From positions 67,697 through 131,696 of the forward strand of contig SCTS01000005.1 in assembly GCA_004322365.1 (NCBI GenBank): DNA of 64,000 bases. The letters run 5' to 3'. Shown piece after piece: positions 18,201-26,395 of this stretch. The notes below the pieces were generated by a model. It ran no database searches, had not been told where the DNA came from, and was given only the letters and a program-made list of their open reading frames with translations. Made by a program: the position numbers and the translations under genes. Source of the stretch: Patescibacteria group bacterium. Lineage in GTDB: Bacteria; Patescibacteriota; Minisyncoccia; Phycocordibacterales; Phycocordibacteraceae. Within the stretch, counting starts at the first letter, position 1, and every line of letters starts with the position of its first letter.

Positions 18201-19590
18201 ACGATGCTGTGTATGCAGTGCCATCAACTGGTGACGCCGTACCACTTGATGCAGCTTTCATAAAAACAACACGGCGCGAACCATTGCCTGCAGTCCAACC
18301 CACAGTCATTCCGTAGTATTCAACTGAACTGAACGAGACACCGCTTGCCTGTGTAGAGGGAGCGCTGATAGTAAGTCCTGTCCCGTTGTACTCAAACGAA
18401 CCAATATCAGTCGCACCAGAACGCGATGCGCCACGTTGGTCAAGTGTGGGTACGGTTGACGTTGCACCATTGCTACCGGTTGAACCATTGTTGATAGCAA
18501 TCGAGCCTACAAGAAGTGCCCACGTAGGAGTTGATGTTGCGTTATCGTTTCTACTTGCACCAGTATCGAGATTGAGTGAGCCAGTCGTTCCTACACTATA
18601 CAAAGTATAGACACCATTACCGTCACTGTCCGTCCAATCGCCAGTTCCTGTAAATGATGTACCACCCGGTCGACCGATAATGTTGTATCCGTTGTCGGTA
18701 ATGGTGCCCGAGGATACACGGAGGTCATTATAAGTCGCACCATATGTTGTCGAGGTATTGCCGGCAATGAGTGTATTCTTGAGATACACGCCACCAGTCG
18801 TCTCCATACCAAGTCCACCACCGCCCGCAGCGGTGTTACCAACAATACTCACATTGGTAATACTCATCCAGCCACCACGTACATGCACGCCACCACCATT
18901 AAGGTAGCCACTCGTCGACGTTTGGCGATTCCCATAGATGGTTGAATTTTCCACAACAAAGTAACCGCCCGCAGCGATGTTGTAATCATTCAAAAGACCA
19001 CCGCCCATGTACGAAACGGTGTTGTTATAGACAGATATGCGCTGTGCGGTCGTTGTGCCGACGTTGTCGATACCGCCACCACCACCACCCGCAGTATTGT
19101 TGTTAATTTCACTGTCCGTGATCGTGAGCGTTCCACTATTAGCAATACCGCCACCGTAGTAACTGGTCGAAGTAATGCGACCATGCCGAATGTTCAACTT
19201 ACTCATCGTGACAACAACCCCTGTTGAAATTGTGAATACGCGCCGATCGGCGGTAGTAGAAGCGCTTGCCGCTTGAATATATGTTTGATCACTCCCTTGA
19301 CCCTCAAGAGTTAGGTTCTTCCCAAGTGTATACCCAGTTGTCGCCGCGTCCCCTGTTTCAGTTGCGTCTGTCCAAGTGAGAGTTCCAGTGAGATTGAGTG
19401 TATCTCCCGCACTCGCCATTGTGTAACCTTTATGAAAGCTTGCATATGGGGTACCTGATGAACCATTTCCTGTCGAATCGTTGCCCGTCGAACTATTAAT
19501 GTAAATCGTTGCCGCAGAAGCGACCGCGGGTACTACTATGCAAAATAAAAAAATTACAACAAAAACAACCGTTGCACGGAAGCGACGCAT
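15253..19590 (-). CDS. large Ser/Thr/Gly-rich surface protein (duplicated beta-helix modules, FN3/Ig-like domains, C-terminal peptidoglycan-binding domain)
   Basis: Signal peptide from ATG 19590 (TATACT 7 nt upstream); two modules starting T(I/L)YINSSTGNDSTG and ending DQRG...DIG(S/A)(F/Y)EY; C-terminal LRAGSIGEDVRQLQKFLN...FGPMT. Confidence 0.88.
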   Translation of the reverse strand: MRRFRATVVFVVIFLFCIVVPAVASAATIYINSSTGNDSTGNGSSGTPYASFHKGYTMASAGDTLNLTGTLTWTDATETGDAATTGYTLGKNLTLEGQGSDQTYIQAASASTTADRRVFTISTGVVVTMSKLNIRHGRITSTSYYGGGIANSGTLTITDSEINNNTAGGGGGGIDNVGTTTAQRISVYNNTVSYMGGGLLNDYNIAAGGYFVVENSTIYGNRQTSTSGYLNGGGVHVRGGWMSITNVSIVGNTAAGGGGLGMETTGGVYLKNTLIAGNTSTTYGATYNDLRVSSGTITDNGYNIIGRPGGTSFTGTGDWTDSDGNGVYTLYSVGTTGSLNLDTGASRNDNATSTPTWALLVGSIAINNGSTGSNGATSTVPTLDQRGASRSGATDIGSFEYNGTGLTISAPSTQASGVSFSSVEYYGMTVGWTAGNGSRRVVFMKAASSGTASPVDGTAYTASSVFGSGTQIGSSGWYAIYEGLGSSVTVTGLTGATTYIVQVFEYNGVTSGTEVYQTATASNNPNTQASHTITTLYINSSTGNDSTGDGSSGTPYASFHKGYTSASAGDTLNLTGTFTWTDAGETGDIATSGYTIGKELIIQGQSASSTIIQSATASTTGDRRVFTTSTGKVVTFNDVTIRHGRITSSSSAGGGIYSQGTTTIQRALITNNYVNGYGGGVAQQDSTNGGSLTVIDSTISYNTGVSQGGGLWSGTTTTGPMNITNSTVAFNTQQASSATVGGGGVAYRSGSGSITNSTIAYNDIQNGGTANGAGLWFSPDTSYTVQLKNNIISSNYKSGVALTGSFYDIYKGSSGTYTDNGANIFGKYSSSNITVATSTYVDLQGSSGSGDGTFTNSNGGSGTLSLDSTLADNGVLKTQTLAITSASSIAVNSGYGGTNGSISVPTLDQRGGARVASVDIGAYEYGATVDTTAPTVSLTAPTASATVSGASVSLTATASDTIGVAGVSFYVDGVLQGSEDTTSTYGIVWDSTATTSASHSAFAVARDTSSNYATSTSVSFTVDNVSTAISAVATTTASTTATITWTTDEIASTKVNFGIISSYGTSTPETDTSPRTTSHSVTLTGLKACARYYYNVESTDASSNTATSSAATFRTIGCTGGAVVSSTGAGTITTTAGGTLTEGRLTLTVPTSFTATSSSATFQAHLLDGTSFFASAGTVSGKTRAGSTVYNLVALTDATTTLATFSTALTVTLSYTSSDVVGITETSLLIYRYDSSTWSALSDCSVDTGAKTVTCSTTAFSDFALFGTTESSSSSSTSTSGGLLWCSGPMSPGWNSSLPEGGCQGSVAPTLPLYSVPKNTNNDSVSNTVATSTPEKHIVAVNSQTALFTRSLRAGSIGEDVRQLQKFLNAQGFILAPRGSGALGSETNHFGPMTYNALVKFQEAHATDILAPLGLTRGTGILGTATIAFIQNLVAQPLSQSSSAR

Positions 19591-19658
19591 GGGTAAAAGT
19601 ATAGCAAATTTTAAAAACAAAATTGAGGTATTGAAAGACTTAACAAGAGTGATTCCGA

Positions 19659-19870
19659 TGCTCCACTTGCAAGCTTTTGTTTTGCTCCACAAAAGCTTCC
19701 CTGCAGGTCGAGTCCCGTGCTCCGCTCGTAAGCTCTGTTGTTTGCACAGAGCTTCCCCGCTGTCGCATCAAAGAAAAAGCGGGTAGGACTCGCCTCTCGC
19801 ACTCCTGTGCTCGAAACCTTCACTCCTTCACAGTCGTTGCGGCCCGCGGTTCGAGTCCGTACGCGCGCGG
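19659..19870. repeat. tRNA-associated hairpin repeats containing partial T-arm copies
   Basis: TGCTCC(A/G)CT(T/C)G(C/T)AAGC at 19659 and 19718, each opening an AAGC..GCTT hairpin; GCGGGTAGGACTCG (19779..19792) duplicates the tRNA 3' part; GGTTCGAGTCC at 19848 is an inverted T-loop copy. Confidence 0.65.
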
Positions 19871-19877
19871 GTACGTA

Positions 19878-19919
19878 TGATTATAAAATCCCCTCTATAT
19901 AGAGGGGATTTTATAATCA
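19878..19919 (-). terminator. perfect 42-bp palindrome just 3' of tRNA-Asn (terminator or processing hairpin)
   Basis: TGATTATAAAATCCCCTCTAT|ATAGAGGGGATTTTATAATCA. Confidence 0.7.
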
Positions 19920-19921
19920 AG

Positions 19922-20214
19922 CTCCGCGGGTAGGACTCGAACCTACAACCAACTCCTTACACGTGATCCCCTATTACGAAGGGCGTGGACTATATCATCA
20001 TCCGATCTGGATGCGAGGCGCTTCGACCTTTCGGTCTACTCCCTTTCGGGATAGTCTCTACACCTTCTCCAACAAATCGTCAGAGCTTGGCTCGGGATTG
20101 CCCATCCTTTTTATAGGATTAGGGTTTCCCCGAATTCACCTCGTTTTTCAATCCCGATTCCTCGGGAAGGCTGCCTTTGGACAGGGAGCTGCTCTACCAT
20201 TGAGCTACCGCGGA
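19922..20214 (-). tRNA. tRNA-Asn(GUU) interrupted by a group I intron (exons 20214..20181 and 19959..19922)
   Basis: Joined exons give TCCGCGG TA GCTC AATGGTA GAGC A GCTCC CT-GT^T-AA GGAGT TGGTT GTAGG TTCGAGT CCTAC CCGCGGA G: full cloverleaf, discriminator G, CCA not encoded. Confidence 0.93.
19960..20180 (-). ncRNA. group I self-splicing intron (221 nt, no ORF) at tRNA position 35/36
   Basis: 5' exon ends in U and intron ends in G; P/Q-like GAATTCGGGGAAACC and GGGCAATCCCGAGCC; R/S-like GTAGAGACTA and GATATAGTCC (P7 GACTA/TAGTC); P3 CGAGGTG/CGCCTCG; two GAAA-loop hairpins after P7. Confidence 0.9.
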
Positions 20215-20305
20215 ATGTACACAATCAACAGAGTTGATTGGTGATTATTATATACCCTGACTTGATGATTCAGCAAACTTAACACTAGGTGTTATAATGT
20301 TGCAA

Positions 20306-20647
20306 ATGATAAAGGAATGTAACAAGCACGGACAAACAAAACATTTTCCACGCCCTGATGGAGCTTTTCGGTGTGGTAAATGCGCTTCTCAGTGGGTAAT
20401 ACAAAATAGACGTCGAAAAAAAGAAAAACTAGTTGAGGAATTCGGTGGAAAATGCGCCATATGCGGATACAAAAAATATGCAGGGGCATTAGATTTTCAT
20501 CACCTAGACCGTAAAACAAAATCATTTGCCTTAAGTGTTAAAGGTCTATCCTATTCATGGGACAGTATTCTTCAAGAAGCTAAGAAATGTGTTTTAGTAT
20601 GCAAAAATTGCCACACCGAAATTGAAGCGGGCATTATAAAGCTCTAA
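20306..20647 (+). CDS. free-standing HNH endonuclease with Zn-binding CxxC pairs
   Basis: GGKCAICGY...ALDFHHLD...KCVLVCKNCHTEI; TATAAT 7 nt upstream of ATG 20306. Confidence 0.88.
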   Translation: MIKECNKHGQTKHFPRPDGAFRCGKCASQWVIQNRRRKKEKLVEEFGGKCAICGYKKYAGALDFHHLDRKTKSFALSVKGLSYSWDSILQEAKKCVLVCKNCHTEIEAGIIKL

Positions 20648-20662
20648 AAAGAGCTCCATTTA

Positions 20663-20929
20663 TTAGACCTTATGAAGCCAGTTCCAGATTTTTGCGAATA
20701 CAAAACCCACAACTCCGCCCACCACAAAAGTCATCAGTATTAGAGAAAGTGAAGCGATAAGATTGAAGGTGTCTACAAGATACACGGCACGAATCATGTG
20801 TAACCAGAAAATGAAATCAAGCACTGCTTGTGCTACTCCAAACGCCACAAGTGCTGACCAGAGAACATGTACACCCGCAAAGAAAACACCAAGAGTAAGT
20901 GCTGTTTTTTTAGGATTGAGTTGCGTCAT
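20663..20929 (-). CDS. small membrane protein
   Basis: Hydrophobic 88-aa ORF (HVLWSALV...FWLHMI). Confidence 0.75.
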   Translation of the reverse strand: MTQLNPKKTALTLGVFFAGVHVLWSALVAFGVAQAVLDFIFWLHMIRAVYLVDTFNLIASLSLILMTFVVGGVVGFVFAKIWNWLHKV

Positions 20930-20970
20930 AGAGATATATAAAATTTTATAAAGCTCTTTTAATTATACCC

Positions 20971-21984
20971 CTATTCTCCCGTGTACTGCCCAAGCGCTGC
21001 GAGCGAGTTCATGTGGGCACGCTTGATAAATACTTCCTGTGCTGAGACTACATTCTCACTCTTCCCTGCCCAAAGTTTTAACGCGCTTGCTTGAAGTGCC
21101 CGACCATAGGAGAACGAAAGCTTCCAAGGGAATGCTCCCAGTTTATTCATTGCATTGAGATTTGCTGTTGCCTCTATCTCACTCTGACCTCCGGAGAGGA
21201 ATACCACACCAGGGAGATTCGATGGAAGTATTTGCTTAAATAATTCAGTAGTTGCTTTAGCAACTTCTTCAGGTGTTGCTACGACACCACTCTCCTTTCC
21301 AGGGACGATCATGTTTGGTTTCAGAATCATTCCTTCAATTGCAACACCTGCATTATTCAATTCCTCAAAAACAGCTTCGAGTGTGCGTTCCGTAACTGCT
21401 CGACACACCTCTTGTGTGTTTGACCAATCCATCAACACTTCAGGCTCAACGATAGGTACTATCCCTACTTCCTGACACATCAATGCATACGATGCGAGCT
21501 GTTTTGCATTCTCTCGAATCGCACTGTCTGTTGGTATGCCCTCTCCGATAGTGATGACACCACGCCATTTTGCAAAGCGTGCCCCGAGTGCTACATATTC
21601 AGGAAGTCTTGCCTTCAATCCTTCCAAGCCTTTTGTTACTGTTTCAACGGTATCACCAATCTTCTCTACTCCTTCATCAACCTTAATACCTGCAATCACG
21701 CCATTGTCGTTCAACACTTTCACTAAAGTACGCCCGTCTGAAGCATTTTGCCGAATAGTTTCGTCAAAAAGAATAACCCCAGAAATATACCTGCCTATAT
21801 CTGGTGCAGTAAATAACATCTCGCGGTACGCGCGACGATTATCTTCAGTTACTGGAATACCGAGTTTCTCAAATTTCTTATTAATATTTCCAAAACTTTC
21901 ATCCGCCGCGAGAATCCCTTTACCGGGAGCAATCATAGCAAGCGCTGTTTCTTTTAATTTTGCGAGTGTGTCGTTTGAAATCAT
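20971..21984 (-). CDS. class I fructose-bisphosphate aldolase
   Basis: GKGILAADES, FAKWR, VPIVEPEV, ILKPNM, FLSGGQSE and FSYGRALQ motifs. Confidence 0.97.
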   Translation of the reverse strand: MISNDTLAKLKETALAMIAPGKGILAADESFGNINKKFEKLGIPVTEDNRRAYREMLFTAPDIGRYISGVILFDETIRQNASDGRTLVKVLNDNGVIAGIKVDEGVEKIGDTVETVTKGLEGLKARLPEYVALGARFAKWRGVITIGEGIPTDSAIRENAKQLASYALMCQEVGIVPIVEPEVLMDWSNTQEVCRAVTERTLEAVFEELNNAGVAIEGMILKPNMIVPGKESGVVATPEEVAKATTELFKQILPSNLPGVVFLSGGQSEIEATANLNAMNKLGAFPWKLSFSYGRALQASALKLWAGKSENVVSAQEVFIKRAHMNSLAALGQYTGE

Positions 21985-22011
21985 ATATTTTAAAAATTAT
22001 ATCAATACAAT

Positions 22012-22974
22012 CTATGATGAATAAAACTCTCCGCGTGGGTCACGTCTATGATGCGTTGTCATGTAACGCACTGTGCCCGACTTTCCACGAATGACTAACG
22101 AATGTGTCACTGCTTTACTTTTTGTGAAGCGGACGCCATCTAAAAGTGGTCCATCAATGACGCCTGTTGCGGTAAAGGTAAAATCATCGCTCTTTACTAA
22201 ATCCTTAGTGCTATAGATTTTATTTTCATTCAATCCTGCTTTTTTAACTAACTTTCTCTGATGTTCATCTTTTGATTTGAACCTACACAACAACTCTCCA
22301 CCAAGTGCTTTAACGGCAGCAGCCGCAAGCACTGCCTCAGCAGAAGCACCAACACCCATAAGAATGTCGATTCCGGAATCAAACATCGAAGGTGCAATGG
22401 CACCAGCTACATCGCCATCAGTAATAAGACGAACTCGCGCACCAGATGCACGAATATCCTTTATAAGTTGCGTGTGTCTATCGCGATCAAGGACAACGAC
22501 AGTAATATCACCTACTTTCTTTCCAAGTGCTTTTGCTACTTTTTTGATATTTACTGACACACTAGCGTCAAGACGAATTACTTTCCGAGCCTTTGGTCCT
22601 ACTGCAATTTTTTCCATGTAGGTGTCAGGCGCTCCAAGCAATGTGCCCTTAGGTCCTGCCACAATAACGGAGAGTGCGTTGTATCTTCCATACGCAACAC
22701 TGTCGGTACACTCAAGTGGATCAACTGCAATGTCCAACACTGGTTTTCCGCCCTTGCCTAATTTCTCACCTGTATACAGCTCTGGCGCTTCGTCTTTACT
22801 TCCCTCTCCAATAACTACACGGCCAGTGAAATTAATTTCATTGAATGCATCACGCATCGCATCCACGGCGGCACCGTCAGCTTTAAGTTTGTCACCCTTA
22901 CCAATCCAATGCCCTGAGGCGACAGCGGCAGCTTCAGTTACTCGCACGAATTCAAGAGCTAGGTTTCTATCCAT
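22012..22974 (-). CDS. glpX: class II fructose-1,6-bisphosphatase
   Basis: RVTEAAA, VIGEG.KDEAP, DIAVDPLE and LITDGDV motifs. Confidence 0.96.
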   Translation of the reverse strand: MDRNLALEFVRVTEAAAVASGHWIGKGDKLKADGAAVDAMRDAFNEINFTGRVVIGEGSKDEAPELYTGEKLGKGGKPVLDIAVDPLECTDSVAYGRYNALSVIVAGPKGTLLGAPDTYMEKIAVGPKARKVIRLDASVSVNIKKVAKALGKKVGDITVVVLDRDRHTQLIKDIRASGARVRLITDGDVAGAIAPSMFDSGIDILMGVGASAEAVLAAAAVKALGGELLCRFKSKDEHQRKLVKKAGLNENKIYSTKDLVKSDDFTFTATGVIDGPLLDGVRFTKSKAVTHSLVIRGKSGTVRYMTTHHRRDPRGEFYSS

Positions 22975-23045
22975 GGGGAGCAGAGTTTAGGTAAAAATAA
23001 ATATGAAAAAAGAGTGGCACGGCAATCATACCATTGGCCTCTCAT

Positions 23046-24275
23046 TCAGGTAACTGCTCGGCGTTTGAAGAAAACAAAGAGGGTTGCCCATGCGAAAAGT
23101 GCAAGGGCCATGCCTACAACAAACGGCATGTGAAGTCCAAACAAGCCCGCACCAACACCCGCTACCACCGGAGCTACTCCCTGTGCTAGCGCTTGAAGAG
23201 ATCCATTAATTCCCATTGCTGCACCTTGTTTTTCTCCTGACACCCCCTTACTTATGAGAGCTGCGAGATTGGCAACAGAAAGTCCGTTACCTATAGCGAG
23301 CAATGGCAACACTACGTACAAAAGTGCACTGGTGGGCACAAAACCGTATGCAAAAATAGCTACACCAACCAAAATAAGCGATACACGAAGAATTGCTCGC
23401 TCGTTATAGTGCTTTGTAACAATACGGAGCACAACTACTTGGGTGAATATAATCCACGCTCCAGTAATACCAAAAAATATACCAACTGCGCTCGCAGTAA
23501 ATCCAAAACGACTTACTAGCAATATTCCAATAAATGCCGTAAAGAATCCGAAACCAAGCTGAAGCAAAAATGATGAGAGATACACAGGACGCGCATCTAC
23601 ATCTCTAAATGCAGTTTGAATGTTCCGAACACCTTTAAGAAAATGGAAATCATGAGAACTATCCCCTTTTCTTGTTTCAGGAAAGAACAGAGAAATAAAC
23701 ATCAAATTCACAACACCAAGCGCGCCCGCAAGCCAGAATGGCGCAGACGCTGCTCCTGTGATGTGTAAAATCCAACCTCCAAGAATTGGTCCAATAATAA
23801 AACCGAGCCCAAACGCTGCGCCAACGAGCCCGAAGTTTTTTGCTCTATCCCTCGGTTCAGTTACATCAGCAATAGCGGCTTGGGCTATTGAAAAATTGGC
23901 AGCGGCAAGCCCTGCGACTGCGCGCGATAAAAATAATAATGGCAATGAGCCAATAACAATAGCGAAACCAAACATGAGCTGTGCTACCGCAAGAACCCCA
24001 ACACCAAATGTAAGAAGACGTTTTCGCCCATACGCATCAGAAAATTCTCCCAAAATAGGTGCGGCAATAAACTGCATGAGTCCAAAAATGCCAGTGAGCA
24101 AACCTGCAATGAGATACTGCGCGCTAGTACCAAATCCATGAAGAAGAAACGAAGGTGACGAAGGATCGGTCAGAATGATAGGAATGATAGGAATGATCAT
24201 CCCGATGCCAATCATGTCGAGGAGCAATGTAACGAAAAGTATTGGAAGGACTCGTTTTGTTTTTACAACTGACAT
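23046..24275 (-). CDS. MFS drug/H+ antiporter (TetA/DHA1-like)
   Basis: LLDMIGIGMIIP, GEFSDAYGRKR and AFGLGFIIGPILGG; about 12 TM helices. Confidence 0.9.
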   Translation of the reverse strand: MSVVKTKRVLPILFVTLLLDMIGIGMIIPIIPIILTDPSSPSFLLHGFGTSAQYLIAGLLTGIFGLMQFIAAPILGEFSDAYGRKRLLTFGVGVLAVAQLMFGFAIVIGSLPLLFLSRAVAGLAAANFSIAQAAIADVTEPRDRAKNFGLVGAAFGLGFIIGPILGGWILHITGAASAPFWLAGALGVVNLMFISLFFPETRKGDSSHDFHFLKGVRNIQTAFRDVDARPVYLSSFLLQLGFGFFTAFIGILLVSRFGFTASAVGIFFGITGAWIIFTQVVVLRIVTKHYNERAILRVSLILVGVAIFAYGFVPTSALLYVVLPLLAIGNGLSVANLAALISKGVSGEKQGAAMGINGSLQALAQGVAPVVAGVGAGLFGLHMPFVVGMALALFAWATLFVFFKRRAVT

Positions 24276-24314
24276 TTTGAGAGTATAGCAAATCACCCTT
24301 TATACTGATGAAGT

Positions 24315-24941
24315 ATGTTTGATCTTACAAAACAAGAACTCGCTACTCTAAAAAAACTTTCAACACCAATTAAGATTCAGGATTTTTTGGATACCCTTCC
24401 TATTAACTACGAAAAGAAAGGAGAAACACATATGTCGCCACGGAGGGTACTTCGTGAGAAAAAAGCGCACTGCATCGAAGGAGCGCTCTTAGCGGCTACT
24501 GCACTCTGGATTCATGGTGAAGAACCACTCCTGATGGATCTCACTGCAGCGCCCGAAGATGATGACCATATTGTTGCTCTCTATAAAAAAAACGGTTACT
24601 GGGGTGCAATCTCAAAAACAAATCACGCAGTGCTTCGTTTTCGAGATCCTATATATAAAACACTTCGTGAACTCGCACTTTCCTACTTTCACGAATGGTT
24701 TCTCGATGAGAACGGACTCAAGATGCTTCGAAGTTATTCAAAACCACTTAATTTGGAACGACTCGGCACTACTTGGGTTACCGCAGAGGGAGATTTGTGG
24801 TATCTCGATAAACATTTAGACAACCTGCCACATTTTTCACTTGTACCGAAGGGCAATAAAAAACACCTTCGCCCTGCCGACAAAATGGAGAGAACGGTTG
24901 GCAACCTTCGTGAGTGGAAAAGGAAAAATAAGCGAACATAA
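24315..24941 (+). CDS. conserved hypothetical protein, possible Cys-His transglutaminase-like fold
   Basis: SPRRVL...AHCIEGALLAA...DDDHIVALY..GYWGAISKTN. Confidence 0.7.
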   Translation: MFDLTKQELATLKKLSTPIKIQDFLDTLPINYEKKGETHMSPRRVLREKKAHCIEGALLAATALWIHGEEPLLMDLTAAPEDDDHIVALYKKNGYWGAISKTNHAVLRFRDPIYKTLRELALSYFHEWFLDENGLKMLRSYSKPLNLERLGTTWVTAEGDLWYLDKHLDNLPHFSLVPKGNKKHLRPADKMERTVGNLREWKRKNKRT

Positions 24942-25112
24942 AGTCGCTCATTCACAGCGGTATAAATACGTATCAGAGTGTTTATTTTTTGTAGCATGTA
25001 TACCCCGTGAGATAACGGATCAGAGAATACGTGCCAGCGAAAATCTTGATGGGAGAAAAATTCTAATCTTTTCCACACGAACATAATATCTTATGGGGTA
25101 TACTAGCCACTC

Positions 25113-25418
25113 ATGAGCGAACTACAATTTCCTGACATACAGCCAGACATTCTCATTCTTGATGATTCACAAGACGAAACGGTGCAATTAAAACAATTTA
25201 TCTTCCACGTTGAAAATGGCGATTACTTTGCCATGCTTGCAACACTCTTAGGATTCGTCGAAGAAACAGCAAGCAAACTTGAAGAAAAAGATGAAGCAAT
25301 GAAAATCGCTGAAGCGCAGATTGCTCGTCTACGCAAAAATTTACAGTACCTCCACGAAAACTACACCATCACACCAAAGAAGAAGCCTATTACAGCTGAA
25401 CCAACACTCGATATTTAA
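25113..25418 (+). CDS. hypothetical protein
   Basis: 101-aa ORF with TATACT 8 nt upstream. Confidence 0.7.
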   Translation: MSELQFPDIQPDILILDDSQDETVQLKQFIFHVENGDYFAMLATLLGFVEETASKLEEKDEAMKIAEAQIARLRKNLQYLHENYTITPKKKPITAEPTLDI

Positions 25419-25422
25419 AAAA

Positions 25423-25803
25423 ATGAAAGAAAGGTTGGAAGGAGGAGAGCGAATAACAAAAGAAGAAGCTCTGGCTGACCTTTTCACTATAGAGAAGAAA
25501 ACTCTTCGGGAGTGCTTAGTGTATCTTGCCTGGCTTGACCAGGAGATGGCAAGAATCCAAGAAATACCAAAAGATCGTGGAGCAGAAATAGAGGAAGAAG
25601 AATTTAAACTCACTCTAGAAGATGCTCAATTACGAACTCGCTCAGGACGAACGCAATCAGCACGAATAGCGTATGAAGATGCTTTATATAATGCAAAATA
25701 CAGTAAGCATCCTAAAATCATGGGGATGGTTGCTCAGATTGAGGATGCGATGAAGGCTCTTCCAGACAACAAAGGTGTGACAGAACGTCCTGACGATATC
25801 TAA
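25423..25803 (+). CDS. hypothetical helical protein
   Basis: ATG 25423 directly after the previous stop; acidic, helical composition. Confidence 0.6.
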   Translation: MKERLEGGERITKEEALADLFTIEKKTLRECLVYLAWLDQEMARIQEIPKDRGAEIEEEEFKLTLEDAQLRTRSGRTQSARIAYEDALYNAKYSKHPKIMGMVAQIEDAMKALPDNKGVTERPDDI

Positions 25804-25813
25804 AAATATCCTT

Positions 25814-26380
25814 TTAATATTTTCTAATCACGCCACGCACAATTGCGGTGATAGTGAGTTCATCTTCAGGATAAATTGGCTTGTATGCGCTGTTAGCTGG
25901 TTCCAAATAAGGCTTCCCTTTTTTCATACGGAAATATTTCATCGTCCATCCGCCATCAACTTCGGCAATAACTATCTCCCCTTCTTTTGCGACAGTTGCT
26001 CGCTCTGCAATAACCATGTCACCCTCTACAATACCTGCATCTTTCATAGAGTCACCTTTCACCCGAAGTAAATATGTCTGCTCACGGTCACGGATAAGAT
26101 AGTCATCTAATGAAATACTATCAAGTACCTCCTCTTCAGCAGTTGCAGGCATGCCGGCTTCTACAAGACCTAAGATTTTTATTTCTCCCAAAACTGTTGT
26201 AGGAATGAGGCGTCCTCGGCGGTCTTTCTTCAACTGCCCTCGACGCACTAAACGCTCAACCAATTTGAATACGGAATCCTTGGAGCGGAGACCTGTGATA
26301 TCCATTATTTCCGCGTACGACGGCATGCGCCAACGAGACCTATAAAACTGAAGAATCTCTCTCAAATACGATGTATCCAT
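25814..26380 (-). CDS. lexA: LexA-family repressor (HTH plus S24 peptidase)
   Basis: MPSYAEI HTH; VEAG cleavage site; VKGDSM catalytic Ser; TMKYF catalytic Lys. Confidence 0.88.
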   Translation of the reverse strand: MDTSYLREILQFYRSRWRMPSYAEIMDITGLRSKDSVFKLVERLVRRGQLKKDRRGRLIPTTVLGEIKILGLVEAGMPATAEEEVLDSISLDDYLIRDREQTYLLRVKGDSMKDAGIVEGDMVIAERATVAKEGEIVIAEVDGGWTMKYFRMKKGKPYLEPANSAYKPIYPEDELTITAIVRGVIRKY

Positions 26381-26395
26381 ATACTTGCAGTATAA

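Noticed and set aside
15253-19590. Duplicated adhesin modules considered as a DGR template/variable repeat pair
   Set aside because: Both copies are in-frame coding, differences are not confined to adenines, and no reverse transcriptase is present.
19963-20244. 93-aa plus-strand ORF over the tRNA and intron, considered as an intron-encoded protein
   Set aside because: It is antisense to the intron, has no nuclease motif and is explained by the RNA gene.
2640-25014. Identical 17-mer GTATACCCCGTGAGATA at 2640 and 24998
   Set aside because: Only two short copies, 22 kb apart. One overlaps a GGGG-TATACT promoter, so a promoter motif or chance explains it. No element boundaries or transposase.
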